A DNA stretch of 32,000 nucleotides from Vibrio cholerae ATCC 14035 (GCF_000621645.1 NZ_JHXR01000001.1:150001-182000); one strand, 5' to 3'; counted from the stretch's first letter, positions 1 to 10,165 are shown. Translations and numbers: made by a program. The notes: a model not told the origin generated them from the sequence alone.

Positions 1-1432
1 CCATATCGGAATTTGGCACGATAGTAATGCGAACTTGCTGCGCTTTTTCAATGTGATTGATTGAGCGACGCTTCTCGTTTAACAGATAAGACGCGATAGA
101 GACAGGTACCACCGCAAGCACTTGCGATGTGTTGTCTTTGAGTGCTTCTTCTTCAATTAAGCGCAGAACAGAAAGTGCCAAAGATTCGTTGTCACGAATC
201 ACGCCGGTTCCTTTACAACGAGGACAGATGTGATGGCTTGCTTCTGCCAGAGAAGGGCTCAAACGTTGACGCGACATCTCCAGCAAACCAAAGCGAGAAA
301 TACGGCCAATTTGAACGCGAGCACGGTCAACACGCACCGCTTCACGTAGACGGTTTTCCACTTCACGCTGGTGGCGAACAGGGGTCATATCGATGAAGTC
401 GATCACCACAAGACCACCGAGGTCACGCAGACGCAATTGGCGTGCGATTTCATCTGCAGCTTCTAGGTTGGTATTGAGAGCGGTCTCTTCAATATCGCCA
501 CCTTTGGTTGCGCGAGCAGAGTTGATGTCGATGGAAGTCAAGGCTTCGGTTGGGTCAATAACGATTGAACCACCAGAAGGCAGGCGAACTTCACGTTGGA
601 AAGCCGATTCAATCTGGCTTTCGATTTGGAAATGGCTGAACAGCGGTACTTCGCCTTCGTATTTTTTCACACGATTGACGAAATCTGGGCGCACTAAACG
701 GATATGCTCAAGAGCACGCTCGTAAATGCTGTTGCTGTCGATAAGAATTTCACCAATATCACGACGCAAGTAATCACGGATCGCACGAACAATCACGTTA
801 CTTTCTTGGTGGATAAGGAAAGGTGCAGGGTTTGAATCAGACGCTTGTTTAATCGCACTCCAGTGCTTAAGCAGTACATTTAAGTCCCACTCTAGCTCTT
901 CAGCGCTTTTACCTACGCCTGCGGTACGAACAATTAAGCCCATACCTTGTGGCAATTCTAGTGAGCTGAGTGCTGATTTCAGTTCAGTGCGCTCATCGCC
1001 TTCGATACGACGAGAAATACCGCCAGCACGAGGGTTATTTGGCATCAGAACTAAGTAGCTGCCCGCTAGAGAGATAAAGGCGGTTAGGGCTGCACCTTTG
1101 CTACCGCGCTCCTCTTTCTCGATTTGCACGATCACTTCCTGACCTTCGTTCAGCACATCTTTGATGTTTGGACGACCTTGGTAGCTATAACCATCAGGGA
1201 AGTATTCACGAGCGATTTCTTTGAGAGGGAGGAAACCGTGTCTTTCAGCACCGTAGTCAACGAATGCAGCTTCAAGACTGGGTTCAATGCGGGTAATGCG
1301 GCCTTTGTAGATATTTGCTTTTTTCGATTCGTGCCCCGGACTTTCAATATCCAGATCGAACAGACGTTGGCCATCGACCAACGCGACACGCAACTCTTCT
1401 TTTTGAGTTGCGTTAATTAACATTCTTTTCAT
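1..1432 (-). CDS. rne: Ribonuclease E, N-terminal catalytic region (partial; gene continues beyond window start)
   Basis: Absent from the ORF track because it runs off the window. The reverse complement from cat at 1430-1432 reads [31 protein letters not shown]..., the canonical RNase E N-terminus. The frame stays open to position 1 and includes ...[17 protein letters not shown] and the [11 protein letters not shown] zinc-link motif (about 205-240). Confidence 0.95.
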   Translation of the reverse strand, partial: MKRMLINATQKEELRVALVDGQRLFDLDIESPGHESKKANIYKGRITRIEPSLEAAFVDYGAERHGFLPLKEIAREYFPDGYSYQGRPNIKDVLNEGQEVIVQIEKEERGSKGAALTAFISLAGSYLVLMPNNPRAGGISRRIEGDERTELKSALSSLELPQGMGLIVRTAGVGKSAEELEWDLNVLLKHWSAIKQASDSNPAPFLIHQESNVIVRAIRDYLRRDIGEILIDSNSIYERALEHIRLVRPDFVNRVKKYEGEVPLFSHFQIESQIESAFQREVRLPSGGSIVIDPTEALTSIDINSARATKGGDIEETALNTNLEAADEIARQLRLRDLGGLVVIDFIDMTPVRHQREVENRLREAVRVDRARVQIGRISRFGLLEMSRQRLSPSLAEASHHICPRCKGTGVIRDNESLALSVLRLIEEEALKDNTSQVLAVVPVSIASYLLNEKRRSINHIEKAQQVRITIVPNSDM

Positions 1433-1830
1433 TTAAAAATCTCATTTTCTTATATAGTTTTGATTCTTGTTTTTGTTGCCGAGTTTCGTTTTCACGGTGC
1501 CAGATCCCATGGCTTATTCGATACAGCCTCCCGGCTGGAGGGGATGCTCTGGGGCACATCAGTATTCACAAGCCAACGATTGCCTGTGATCCGCTATAAA
1601 GGCGGTGGGTACTCAACATGAAAAGGCGACGAGTAGAGCAACAAAAAGCCTCAAACAGTGTGTCTTACGCCGTGTGCTGCACCTTGTTTTCGACTGACTA
1701 CTCATTAATTTGCCAGAAATTGAACGGTAAAGAACAAAATGCCACCGGTTCAGCTCTTGCAGCTGTGAACTATAGCAGTGACTGCCAAAGTCAGCAATCA
1801 GCTTTCCAATGTAGCGCAAATTATTTGCGG
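1433..1830 (-). promoter_or_regulatory. Long 5' leader / promoter region of rne (autoregulatory-leader-like)
   Basis: 611 bp of non-coding DNA lies between rne and divergent rluC. The GC-rich hairpin-forming segment at 1495-1610 includes CCTCC-cggct-GGAGG and GTGCC...GGCAC. In enterobacteria rne carries a roughly 360-nt structured 5' UTR used for autoregulation. Boundaries here are approximate and no TSS was identified. Confidence 0.35.
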
Positions 1831-2009
1831 GAGATTACAAAAAACCAACAATCTAACTTATTGTTAAATAAAGATAAGATGATTGAAATGTTAGGCTTGG
1901 AGCATCCGTGCGACCAAATTAGGTAGTGAGCCCAAGGTTAACTTGGTTAAATTGTCGGCAAATGGGGTTGATGCTAATGAAAAATGGCTTTTTTTGTTGC
2001 TAAGAAAAT

Positions 2010-2037
2010 GTGACTTTAACTCGATTCCAGATAGAAT
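2010..2037 (+). promoter_or_regulatory. Candidate sigma70 promoter of rluC (GTGACT-N16-TAGAAT)
   Basis: -35-like GTGACT at 2010-2015, a 16-nt spacer, and -10 TAGAAT at 2032-2037 (5/6 match to TATAAT). The predicted start point falls on or next to the ATG at 2044. Confidence 0.35.
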
Positions 2038-2043
2038 AGCGCC

Positions 2044-2991
2044 ATGAACGAAATCAGAACTCAAGTCCAGTTCATCGACATTGATGAAGACATGGCTGGT
2101 CAGCGCATTGATAATTTTTTGCGCAACCAATTAAAAAATATTCCCAAAAGCGTGGTTTATCGAATTCTACGTAAGGGAGAAGTGCGCGTGAACAAAAAAC
2201 GCGTAAAAGCAGAATACAAGCTCGAAGCGGGCGATGTGGTGCGTGTGCCTCCCGTCACCGTGGAAGTCAAAGAGAACGAGCCTGCTCCACCGAGTACCAA
2301 ACTCAGTAAAGTGGCGGAATTAGAACACTGTATTGTCTATGAAGACGATCATTTACTCATCCTCAATAAACCGTCAGGTACGGCAGTGCATGGTGGGAGC
2401 GGTTTACACTTTGGTGCCATTGAAGCCTTGCGCGCCCTGCGCCCCCAAGCGCGTTTTCTTGAGTTAGTACACCGTATTGACCGTGATACCTCAGGGATTT
2501 TGCTGGTGGCCAAAAAACGCTCGGCACTGCGCCACTTACAAGCTCAGTTTCGCGAGAAAACGGTGCAGAAGTACTACTACGCTTTAGTCATGGGACATTG
2601 GGATGCAGAGTGTAAAGTGGTCAATGCGCCGTTGCTGAAAAATGAAGTCAACAGCATAGTGCGCGTGAACCCCAACGGTAAGCCGTCGGAAACCCGATTC
2701 CGTATTCTTGAGAAGTTTGCTGAAGCGACGTTAGTTCAAGCGAGCCCTGTGACTGGGCGTACGCACCAAATTCGTGTACACACTCAGTACATGGGGCATC
2801 CAATCGCGTGGGATGATCGTTATGGTGATCGCCGCTTTGATGCTTATACAGCGCAATTTGGGATTGAGCGCCTGTTTTTGCATGCGGCAAACATCCAATT
2901 TGTGCATCCTGCCAGCGAGAAAAAGTTGGAAATCCATGCGCCACTCGAAGCGCATTTGGAGCAAGCTCTGACAAAAATGCGTCAGGCTTAA
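2044..2991 (+). CDS. rluC: 23S rRNA pseudouridine synthase RluC (positions 955/2504/2580)
   Basis: 315-aa ORF with an S4 domain (AGQRIDNFLRNQL...YRILRKGEVRVNKKRVK) and the RluA-family catalytic motif HRIDRDTSGILLVAKK. It is collinear with E. coli RluC, with the same N-terminal length, and shows the conserved divergent arrangement with rne. Confidence 0.93.
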   Translation: MNEIRTQVQFIDIDEDMAGQRIDNFLRNQLKNIPKSVVYRILRKGEVRVNKKRVKAEYKLEAGDVVRVPPVTVEVKENEPAPPSTKLSKVAELEHCIVYEDDHLLILNKPSGTAVHGGSGLHFGAIEALRALRPQARFLELVHRIDRDTSGILLVAKKRSALRHLQAQFREKTVQKYYYALVMGHWDAECKVVNAPLLKNEVNSIVRVNPNGKPSETRFRILEKFAEATLVQASPVTGRTHQIRVHTQYMGHPIAWDDRYGDRRFDAYTAQFGIERLFLHAANIQFVHPASEKKLEIHAPLEAHLEQALTKMRQA

Positions 2992-3007
2992 ACCGGATGC
3001 CTAAACA

Positions 3008-3035
3008 AGAAAAGGGCGATAATTCGCCCTTTTCT
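3008..3035. terminator. Bidirectional intrinsic terminator between convergent rluC and yceF
   Basis: aaaaGGGCGA-taat-TCGCCCtttt: a 6-bp GC-rich stem flanked by an A-run and a T-run. Confidence 0.75.
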
Positions 3036-3091
3036 GTTAGTTTTTCGTGATAAAGCCTTGCGGTGTCCGTTGTGCAATGTCAACGCTAAAG

Positions 3092-3673
3092 TCAAATCAC
3101 ATTGAGCCCTTCATTTTCTAACAACTGAATGAGCTTAATCAGGGGTAAGCCGATGAGCGAATTGGGGTCGTCGCCTTCCAAGCGCTCAAACAAGGCAATG
3201 CCTAATCCCTCACTTTTAAAGCTACCTGCACAGTGCAGTGGTTGCTCAGCCTCGACATAACGTCTAGCCATACTCTCGGATAAGGTTCGAAAATGTACCG
3301 TAAAGGTATCGCAAAGCACCTGTGTTTGCTGAGTTTGGTTGTTAAAAAGCGCTAAGCCAGTATAAAAGGTAATCGCTTGACCACTTTGGCGTAAAAGTTG
3401 TTCAACGGCTTTTTCAGTAGTTAAGGGTTTACCGATGATTTGGTCATCGATCACGCAGACTTGATCTGACCCAATCACTAAGCTCGGGTCTGCTAAAAAG
3501 CAGCTACGCGCTTTGTTTTCAGCCAAGCGCATCACTAAGTGTTCGGGTGTTTCTCCGATTAACGGCGTTTCGTCGCAATCAGGTTTTGCAGTGACGAAAG
3601 GCAGCTTTAATTTCGCCAGAATTTGTTGGCGAAATGGAGAGGTAGAAGCTAAAACTAGTTGGTAATTTTGCAT
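3092..3673 (-). CDS. yceF: Maf-family nucleoside triphosphate pyrophosphatase, YceF type (7-methyl-GTP pyrophosphatase)
   Basis: 193-aa ORF ([14 protein letters not shown]..., ...GSDQVCV..., ...[33 protein letters not shown]) collinear with E. coli YceF. Its position next to yceD-rpmF is conserved. Confidence 0.9.
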   Translation of the reverse strand: MQNYQLVLASTSPFRQQILAKLKLPFVTAKPDCDETPLIGETPEHLVMRLAENKARSCFLADPSLVIGSDQVCVIDDQIIGKPLTTEKAVEQLLRQSGQAITFYTGLALFNNQTQQTQVLCDTFTVHFRTLSESMARRYVEAEQPLHCAGSFKSEGLGIALFERLEGDDPNSLIGLPLIKLIQLLENEGLNVI

Positions 3674-3782
3674 TTTACTTTACAATCATCGCGTGTTTGA
3701 CAGCAGCATAACGTATCCTAATGCGCTGTTCATAATGCTCTCTGTGGAAAGGGAAAAAAAACCAAGTTTTTTGCCTTTTTCT

Positions 3783-3811
3783 TTGACTAAATCTGTTTTG
3801 GAAGATAATAT
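3783..3811 (+). promoter_or_regulatory. Candidate sigma70 promoter of the yceD-rpmF operon (TTGACT-N17-TAATAT)
   Basis: TTGACT at 3783-3788, a 17-nt spacer, and TAATAT at 3806-3811 (GATAAT at 3804-3809 is an alternative -10). The yceD ATG lies only 10 nt after the -10. Confidence 0.45.
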
Positions 3812-3820
3812 TCGCGCCCT

Positions 3821-4345
3821 ATGCAAAAGGTAAAAATACCGCGAACGGTTGATCCGGCTAAAGCCGCTCAGAAAAGATTAGACTTTGATGGCATCATCCA
3901 AGTTAATTTGTTCAAGCGCTTAGAGGAGTCAGTCGCAGGCGTTAAACGCGACGCTGAAGTTTCATTGTCATTTGAGATTGATGAACAGCAACTGGTTGTT
4001 ATCTCTGGTAAAGCTAACATCGAAGTTGATTTAGAGTGTCAGCGCTGTAACGAGGTTTTCGCACACGAGTGTGAAGTTGAATTTACTTATACCCCTTACT
4101 TAGGTCGTAAAAGTGAAGAAGACGCCCCAGACGAGTATGATTTGGTAGATCTAAACGAGTTTGGTGAGGTTGACCTAGTTCAGTTAGTTGAAGACGAGTT
4201 CATCTTGAATTTGCCTCAAGTTGCGATGCATGACGAAGCGGATTGTAGCGTTGATTCAGACAATTTGGTGTTTGGTGAACTTCCAGAAGAAGTTTTGGAA
4301 GAGAAGCCGAATCCATTCGATGTTTTAAAAAGCTTGAAGAAGTAA
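3821..4345 (+). CDS. yceD: YceD (DUF177) ribosome/23S rRNA-associated protein
   Basis: 174-aa ORF beginning [24 protein letters not shown], with the CQRC metal-binding motif and an acidic C-terminus ending [11 protein letters not shown]. It is collinear with E. coli YceD and lies immediately upstream of rpmF. Confidence 0.9.
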   Translation: MQKVKIPRTVDPAKAAQKRLDFDGIIQVNLFKRLEESVAGVKRDAEVSLSFEIDEQQLVVISGKANIEVDLECQRCNEVFAHECEVEFTYTPYLGRKSEEDAPDEYDLVDLNEFGEVDLVQLVEDEFILNLPQVAMHDEADCSVDSDNLVFGELPEEVLEEKPNPFDVLKSLKK

Positions 4346-4379
4346 TTCGCTAAGCATTCTTAACATAGGAGTAGGGTCC

Positions 4380-4550
4380 ATGGCCGTACAACAAAACCGT
4401 AAAACACGTTCAAGACGTGGCATGCGTCGTTCACACGATGCGCTAACTGCTGCAGCGCTATCTGTAGACGCAACTTCAGGTGAAACTCACCTGCGCCACA
4501 ACGTAACCGCTGAAGGTTACTACCGTGGTAAAAAGGTTATCAACAAGTAA
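4380..4550 (+). CDS. rpmF: 50S ribosomal protein L32
   Basis: Below the ORF-track cutoff. ATG at 4380 is preceded by the AGGAG SD. Translation is [56 protein letters not shown] (56 aa), with stop TAA at 4548-4550. Confidence 0.95.
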   Translation: MAVQQNRKTRSRRGMRRSHDALTAAALSVDATSGETHLRHNVTAEGYYRGKKVINK

Positions 4551-4559
4551 GGTTGACCT

Positions 4560-5585
4560 TTGCAAAATTTAACCGTTGCACTTGATGCAATGGGCGGGGA
4601 TTTCGGTCCACGCGTAACAGTGCCTGCCGCCGTGCAGGCACTGTCACATTTCCCAGAGCTAAAAGTGATCTTAGTGGGTGATCAACATCAGATCACTCAA
4701 CAACTCTCTCTTCTTGGTTATTCGGCCGATACGCGTTTAAGTATTGTGCACAGTGACCGTGTCATCTCCAACTCCGAAAAACCTTCGCTTGCTTTACGTC
4801 ATAGTGCTGGCAGTTCTATGGGCATGGCGATTGATCTTGTTGCTGAAAATCAAGCGGATGCGTGTGTCAGTGGCGGAAATACCGGCGCTTTGATGGCGCT
4901 GTCGCGTTTTCGTCTCAAATTGCTACCGGGTATTGATCGTCCGGCGCTGGTTTCTGCTCTGCCCACTATTTCTGGCCGCAAAACCTGGATGCTCGATCTG
5001 GGCGCGAATGTCTCAAGTGATGCCGATTCTCTGTTTCAATTTGCGGTGATGGGCGCCGCGCTTGCTGAGCAGCATCTGCAGCAAGCTCCACGAGTGGCAA
5101 TTTTAAACATCGGTGCAGAAGAGATTAAAGGCAATGATCTGGTTAAGCGCTGTGCGGAAATGCTGACCCAAACTCAGGCGATCAATTTCATTGGTTATAT
5201 TGAGGGTAATCAACTGTTAACTGATGCGGCAGATGTGATAGTGTGCGATGGCTTTGTCGGGAATGTCTGCCTTAAAGCGTGTGAAGGAACAGCGCAACTC
5301 TTTATCGATAAGTTAAAAAAATCGCTTTTAGCCTCATCCATAAAGGGTTGGATTGCAAGAAAACTGTTTTCTGAGCTCTTTACTGAATTAAAAACCCTGA
5401 ACCCCGACCAGTATAACGGCGCAAGTTTGCTAGGATTGCGCGGCATTGTCATTAAGAGCCATGGAAGTGCTGATGTATCCGCGGTCGTGAATGCGATTTC
5501 TGAAGCGGTGCATGAGGTGAAACGACAAGTACCCAGCCGTATAAGCGATCGTTTGGAAGCGGTTTTACTCGAGAGGCATTATTAG
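4560..5585 (+). CDS. plsX: Phosphate acyltransferase PlsX
   Basis: 341-aa ORF with a TTG start 9 nt after the rpmF stop. It begins [14 protein letters not shown] and carries the ...[10 protein letters not shown]... motif. The rpmF-plsX-fabH order is conserved. Confidence 0.94.
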   Translation: MQNLTVALDAMGGDFGPRVTVPAAVQALSHFPELKVILVGDQHQITQQLSLLGYSADTRLSIVHSDRVISNSEKPSLALRHSAGSSMGMAIDLVAENQADACVSGGNTGALMALSRFRLKLLPGIDRPALVSALPTISGRKTWMLDLGANVSSDADSLFQFAVMGAALAEQHLQQAPRVAILNIGAEEIKGNDLVKRCAEMLTQTQAINFIGYIEGNQLLTDAADVIVCDGFVGNVCLKACEGTAQLFIDKLKKSLLASSIKGWIARKLFSELFTELKTLNPDQYNGASLLGLRGIVIKSHGSADVSAVVNAISEAVHEVKRQVPSRISDRLEAVLLERHY

Positions 5586-5590
5586 TCTTC

Positions 5591-6541
5591 ATGTATAGCA
5601 AAATTTTAGGTACTGGCAGCTACTTGCCATCTCAGGTGCGTACTAACGCAGACTTAGAGAAAATGGTAGAGACCAGTGATGAGTGGATTGTTGCTCGTAC
5701 TGGTATTCGCGAGCGTCGTATTGCGGCTGACAATGAAACCGTTGCCGATATGGCATTCTTCGCTGCACAAAATGCCATAAACATGGCCGGTATTGATAAA
5801 CACGACATCGATATGATTATTGTGGCGACCACCAGTGCGAGCCACACTTTCCCATCAGCCGCTTGCCAAGTGCAAGGCAAACTGGGAATTAAAGGATGTC
5901 CAGCGTTTGATTTGGCCGCAGCGTGTTCTGGTTTTATGTACGCGCTCTCTATTGCTGATCAGCATGTCAAATCTGGCATGTGCAAACATGTTTTGGTGAT
6001 TGGTGCGGATGCGTTGTCCAAAACCTGTGACCCCACAGATCGTTCGACCATTATCTTATTTGGGGATGGTGCTGGCGCGGTAGTGGTGGGCGCAAGTAAC
6101 GAGCCGGGCATTCTTTCTACTCACATCCACGCGGATGGCGAGTTTGGTGATTTACTGAGCCTTGAAGTGCCTGTTCGTGGTGGTGATAGCGATAAATGGC
6201 TGCACATGGCGGGGAACGAAGTGTTCAAAGTCGCAGTAACTCAACTATCTAAACTGGTAGTTGATACGCTGAAAGCCAACAACATGCACAAGTCTGAGCT
6301 CGATTGGTTGGTACCACATCAAGCGAACTACCGGATTATCTCAGCAACCGCGAAAAAACTTTCGATGTCGCTCGATCAGGTGGTGATTACCTTAGACCGT
6401 CATGGCAACACCTCTGCGGCGACTGTGCCTACAGCGTTGGATGAAGCCGTGCGTGATGGTCGTATTCAGCGTGGGCAGATGCTACTGCTCGAAGCTTTTG
6501 GTGGTGGTTTCACATGGGGCTCTGCTCTGGTGAAGTTCTAA
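5591..6541 (+). CDS. fabH: 3-oxoacyl-ACP synthase III (KAS III)
   Basis: 316-aa ORF containing [13 protein letters not shown], the active-site Cys context AACSGF, HQAN, and GNTSAA. Confidence 0.96.
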   Translation: MYSKILGTGSYLPSQVRTNADLEKMVETSDEWIVARTGIRERRIAADNETVADMAFFAAQNAINMAGIDKHDIDMIIVATTSASHTFPSAACQVQGKLGIKGCPAFDLAAACSGFMYALSIADQHVKSGMCKHVLVIGADALSKTCDPTDRSTIILFGDGAGAVVVGASNEPGILSTHIHADGEFGDLLSLEVPVRGGDSDKWLHMAGNEVFKVAVTQLSKLVVDTLKANNMHKSELDWLVPHQANYRIISATAKKLSMSLDQVVITLDRHGNTSAATVPTALDEAVRDGRIQRGQMLLLEAFGGGFTWGSALVKF

Positions 6542-6563
6542 ACGCACAATGAATTTTGACTTT

Positions 6564-6583
6564 AAGGAGTCCTAGGACTCCTT
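6564..6583 (+). other. Perfect 20-bp palindrome (RNA hairpin) between fabH and fabD
   Basis: AAGGAGTCC-TA-GGACTCCTT sits 22 nt after the fabH stop and 28 nt before the fabD ATG. No strong T-run follows (atccattctt). Confidence 0.5.
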
Positions 6584-6610
6584 ATCCATTCTTAGATGAA
6601 GGAAAGATTT

Positions 6611-7534
6611 ATGAGTAAGTTTGCTATCGTATTTCCAGGTCAGGGCTCGCAAGCAGTAGGTATGCTGGCTGACCTTGCCGAGCAGTATGCTGTGGTAAAA
6701 CAAACATTCGCCGAAGCTTCAGAAGTGCTTGGTTACGATCTGTGGGCGCTGGTTCAAGATGGCCCTGTGGAAGATCTCAACCAAACTTTCCGTACTCAAC
6801 CTGCGTTGCTTGCCGCCTCTGTTGCGATTTGGCGTGTATGGCAGCAACTGGGTCTTGAGCAACCTGCGGTTTTAGCTGGTCACAGCTTGGGTGAATATTC
6901 AGCACTGGTATGTGCGGGCGTGATTGATTTTAAACAAGCGATCAAGCTGGTTGAGCTGCGTGGTCAATTGATGCAACAAGCGGTGCCTGCCGGTACGGGT
7001 GCAATGTACGCGATCATCGGTCTAGAAGATGAAGCGATTGCTAAAGCCTGTGCTGACGCGGCGCAAGGTGAAGTGGTTTCTCCTGTAAACTTTAACTCAC
7101 CAGGCCAAGTGGTTATTGCTGGTCAAAAAGATGCGGTTGAGCGTGCGGGCGTTCTGTGTAAAGAAGCGGGCGCGAAACGTGCGCTGCCTCTGCCAGTTTC
7201 CGTACCATCACACTGCGCGTTGATGAAGCCTGCTGCCGATGAATTGGCAAAAACTCTAGCAGAGCTTGAATTCAATGCACCACAAATTCCGGTCATCAAT
7301 AACGTTGATGTTGTGGCTGAAACGGATCCGGTAAAAATTAAAGATGCGTTGATTCGTCAACTCTATAGCCCAGTTCGTTGGACTGAATGCGTTGAACAAA
7401 TGAGCGCACAAGGTGTCGAAAAGCTGATTGAAATGGGGCCGGGTAAAGTATTGACTGGTCTAACAAAACGTATTGTAAAAACCCTAGAAGGTGTCGCAGT
7501 CAATGACGTGGCTTCTTTGGATGCGGTGAAATAA
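6611..7534 (+). CDS. fabD: Malonyl-CoA:ACP transacylase
   Basis: The ORF-track frame starts at 6596, but I place the start at ATG 6611 (MSKFAIVFPGQGSQ, the typical FabD N-terminus) behind the GAAGGAAAG SD. The active site is GHSLGEYSAL. Confidence 0.95.
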   Translation: MSKFAIVFPGQGSQAVGMLADLAEQYAVVKQTFAEASEVLGYDLWALVQDGPVEDLNQTFRTQPALLAASVAIWRVWQQLGLEQPAVLAGHSLGEYSALVCAGVIDFKQAIKLVELRGQLMQQAVPAGTGAMYAIIGLEDEAIAKACADAAQGEVVSPVNFNSPGQVVIAGQKDAVERAGVLCKEAGAKRALPLPVSVPSHCALMKPAADELAKTLAELEFNAPQIPVINNVDVVAETDPVKIKDALIRQLYSPVRWTECVEQMSAQGVEKLIEMGPGKVLTGLTKRIVKTLEGVAVNDVASLDAVK

Positions 7535-7549
7535 CAACAGGAAGAAAAC

Positions 7550-8296
7550 ATGAGTCAATTCATGAATCTAGAGGGCAAAGTTGCTCTTGTGACTGGCGCA
7601 AGCCGCGGCATTGGTAAAGCGATTGCTGAACTCTTAGCTGAACGTGGTGCCAAAGTGATTGGTACGGCAACCAGCGAAAGCGGTGCGCAGGCGATCAGCG
7701 ATTACTTGGGTGACAACGGCAAAGGTATGGCATTGAATGTGACCAATCCTGAGTCGATTGAAGCGGTTCTGAAAGCCATTACCGACGAGTTCGGCGGCGT
7801 CGACATTCTGGTGAACAATGCTGGTATCACTCGCGATAATCTGCTGATGCGCATGAAAGAAGAAGAGTGGTCAGACATTATGGAGACCAATCTGACGTCG
7901 ATTTTCCGTCTGTCTAAAGCCGTTTTGCGTGGCATGATGAAAAAACGTCAAGGTCGTATCATCAATGTTGGCTCTGTTGTTGGCACTATGGGTAACGCAG
8001 GTCAAGCCAACTACGCGGCAGCAAAAGCGGGCGTAATTGGCTTTACTAAGTCAATGGCGCGTGAAGTTGCATCGCGCGGTGTGACCGTCAACACAGTTGC
8101 ACCAGGTTTTATCGAAACTGATATGACAAAAGCGCTGAATGACGAGCAACGTACTGCTACACTAGCGCAGGTTCCAGCAGGTCGACTGGGGGATCCTCGT
8201 GAAATTGCGTCTGCGGTTGCTTTCCTTGCATCACCAGAAGCGGCATACATCACCGGCGAGACACTGCATGTCAACGGCGGTATGTACATGATCTAA
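7550..8296 (+). CDS. fabG: 3-oxoacyl-ACP reductase
   Basis: 248-aa SDR with TGASRGIG, NNAGI, and YAAAKAG (YxxxK). An AGGAAG SD precedes the ATG at 7550. Confidence 0.96.
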   Translation: MSQFMNLEGKVALVTGASRGIGKAIAELLAERGAKVIGTATSESGAQAISDYLGDNGKGMALNVTNPESIEAVLKAITDEFGGVDILVNNAGITRDNLLMRMKEEEWSDIMETNLTSIFRLSKAVLRGMMKKRQGRIINVGSVVGTMGNAGQANYAAAKAGVIGFTKSMAREVASRGVTVNTVAPGFIETDMTKALNDEQRTATLAQVPAGRLGDPREIASAVAFLASPEAAYITGETLHVNGGMYMI

Positions 8297-8459
8297 CAAT
8301 TTTGCCTTATTGAGCGATTGAGCAAATTCAGCGCTCGTGAGGCAAATTTGTGTGAAAAATGTAAGTAACATGCACAATATTTATGCATGATTTATATCAA
8401 AAATGGTGTGAATTTCGGTTAAAATCGCCTAATTTGTGGTTAGACCAGAAACCTCACGC

Positions 8460-8487
8460 TTGCAACTTTCCCTAGTTCGAATAAACT
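8460..8487 (+). promoter_or_regulatory. Candidate acpP promoter (TTGCAA-N16-TAAACT)
   Basis: The hexamers lie in the 235-bp fabG-acpP spacer. E. coli acpP also has its own promoter in this spacer. Confidence 0.3.
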
Positions 8488-8531
8488 ACGGAATCATCGC
8501 ATTAGGCGAAATCTGTAAAGGAAAAGAAAAA

Positions 8532-8768
8532 ATGAGCAACATCGAAGAACGCGTAAAGAAAATCATTGTTGAACAGCTAGGTGTAGACGAAGCAGAAGTA
8601 AAGAATGAATCTTCTTTCGTTGAAGACCTGGGTGCTGATTCTCTGGACACTGTTGAGCTGGTAATGGCTCTGGAAGAGGAATTCGATACTGAGATTCCTG
8701 ATGAAGAAGCAGAGAAGATCACTACTGTTCAAGCTGCGATCGATTACGTAACCAGCAACGCTCAGTAA
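8532..8768 (+). CDS. acpP: Acyl carrier protein
   Basis: The true start is the internal ATG at 8532 ([18 protein letters not shown]...). The phosphopantetheine site is [12 protein letters not shown]. 78 aa. The upstream part of ORF 8436-8768 is non-coding. Confidence 0.96.
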   Translation: MSNIEERVKKIIVEQLGVDEAEVKNESSFVEDLGADSLDTVELVMALEEEFDTEIPDEEAEKITTVQAAIDYVTSNAQ

Positions 8769-8775
8769 TCTCTCC

Positions 8776-8807
8776 TCAGGCGGCTCACTGGCCGCCTGAA
8801 TTTTTCT
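8776..8807 (+). terminator. Intrinsic terminator/attenuator after acpP
   Basis: TCAGGCGGC-tcactg-GCCGCCTGA followed by atttttctt. Confidence 0.8.
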
Positions 8808-8856
8808 TAGTTCTCAACCCTCTCTCATTTCAATTTCAATTCCGGAGAATATTATC

Positions 8857-10101
8857 GTGTCCAAGCGTCGCGTTGTTGTCACTGGCATGGGTATGTTGTC
8901 ACCGGTAGGCAACACTGTAGAGTCATCTTGGAAAGCCTTGTTGGCCGGCCAAAGCGGCATCGTCAACATTGAGCACTTCGACACTACCAATTTTTCTACT
9001 CGTTTCGCAGGCCTGGTAAAAGGTTTTGACTGCGAACAGTACATGTCAAAAAAAGATGCTCGCAAAATGGATTTGTTTATCCAGTATGGTATCGCTGCGG
9101 GCATTCAGGCTTTGGAAGATTCAGGCCTAGAAGTTAATGAAGAAAATGCTGCGCGTATTGGCGTTGCGATTGGTTCGGGTATCGGCGGCCTTGAGCTGAT
9201 TGAAACCGGACATCAAGCTTTAATCGAGAAAGGCCCACGTAAGGTTAGCCCTTTCTTCGTTCCCTCAACTATTGTCAACATGATTGCCGGTAACTTGTCT
9301 ATCATGCGTGGCTTACGTGGTCCCAATATTGCGATCTCTACCGCCTGTACCACGGGCTTGCACAATATCGGCCATGCAGCACGTATGATTGCTTACGGTG
9401 ATGCGGATGCGATGGTTGCAGGTGGTGCAGAAAAAGCGTCAACGCCACTGGGCATGGCGGGTTTTGGTGCGGCGAAAGCACTCTCAACTCGTAATGATGA
9501 ACCGCAAAAAGCGTCTCGTCCTTGGGATAAAGACCGTGATGGTTTCGTGCTCGGTGACGGTGCCGGCATCATGGTGCTTGAAGAGTACGAACACGCGAAA
9601 GCGCGTGGCGCGAAAATTTACGCAGAAGTGGTTGGCTTCGGTATGTCAGGTGATGCTTATCATATGACTTCACCGAGTGAAGACGGCTCTGGCGGTGCGC
9701 TGGCGATGGAAGCGGCCATGCGTGATGCAGGCGTGACTGGTGAGCAGATTGGTTATGTTAATGCTCACGGTACATCTACCCCTGCGGGCGATGTGGCTGA
9801 AGTGAAAGGCATTAAACGTGCGTTGGGTGAAGCAGGGACTAAGCAAGTTCTGGTTTCTTCTACCAAGTCCATGACGGGTCACTTATTAGGTGCTGCAGGT
9901 TCTGTCGAAGCGATCATCACTGTGATGTCTTTGGTGGATCAAATGGTTCCACCGACCATCAATCTGGATAATCCTGAAGAAGGTTTGGGTGTCGATTTAG
10001 TACCGCATGTTGCCCGTAAAGTTGAGAGTATGGAATACGCCATGTGTAACTCGTTTGGCTTTGGTGGTACTAACGGTAGCTTGATTTTCAAGCGCATGTA
10101 A
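8857..10101 (+). CDS. fabF: 3-oxoacyl-ACP synthase II (KAS II)
   Basis: 414-aa ORF with a GTG start behind a GGAGA SD. It begins [19 protein letters not shown], with active-site Cys in ISTACTTG, plus [11 protein letters not shown] and [13 protein letters not shown]. Confidence 0.96.
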   Translation: MSKRRVVVTGMGMLSPVGNTVESSWKALLAGQSGIVNIEHFDTTNFSTRFAGLVKGFDCEQYMSKKDARKMDLFIQYGIAAGIQALEDSGLEVNEENAARIGVAIGSGIGGLELIETGHQALIEKGPRKVSPFFVPSTIVNMIAGNLSIMRGLRGPNIAISTACTTGLHNIGHAARMIAYGDADAMVAGGAEKASTPLGMAGFGAAKALSTRNDEPQKASRPWDKDRDGFVLGDGAGIMVLEEYEHAKARGAKIYAEVVGFGMSGDAYHMTSPSEDGSGGALAMEAAMRDAGVTGEQIGYVNAHGTSTPAGDVAEVKGIKRALGEAGTKQVLVSSTKSMTGHLLGAAGSVEAIITVMSLVDQMVPPTINLDNPEEGLGVDLVPHVARKVESMEYAMCNSFGFGGTNGSLIFKRM

Positions 10102-10130
10102 AAACTTCATCACTCTTTACTTGAGTTAAG

Positions 10131-10165
10131 ACGGCTTGATGCATAGCATTGAGCCGTTTCTTTTT
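10131..10165 (+). terminator. Intrinsic terminator after fabF
   Basis: ACGGCTTGATGC-ata-GCATTGAGCCGT forms a 12-bp stem with two G-T pairs, followed by ttcttttt. Confidence 0.75.

Noticed and set aside
142-1420. Track ORFs 142-396(+), 393-725(+), 1124-1420(+) and 1150-1389(-)
   Set aside because: They lie inside or antisense to the unambiguous rne reading frame on the minus strand. They have odd composition (R/S/A-rich) and no SD, which is typical of shadow ORFs.
8436-8531. N-terminal extension of the acpP ORF. Similar extensions occur at fabD (6596-6610), pabC (10149-10178) and ptsG (14727-14798)
   Set aside because: The conserved protein N-termini begin at internal ATGs that have proper SDs. 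The pabC extension would start inside the fabF terminator hairpin.
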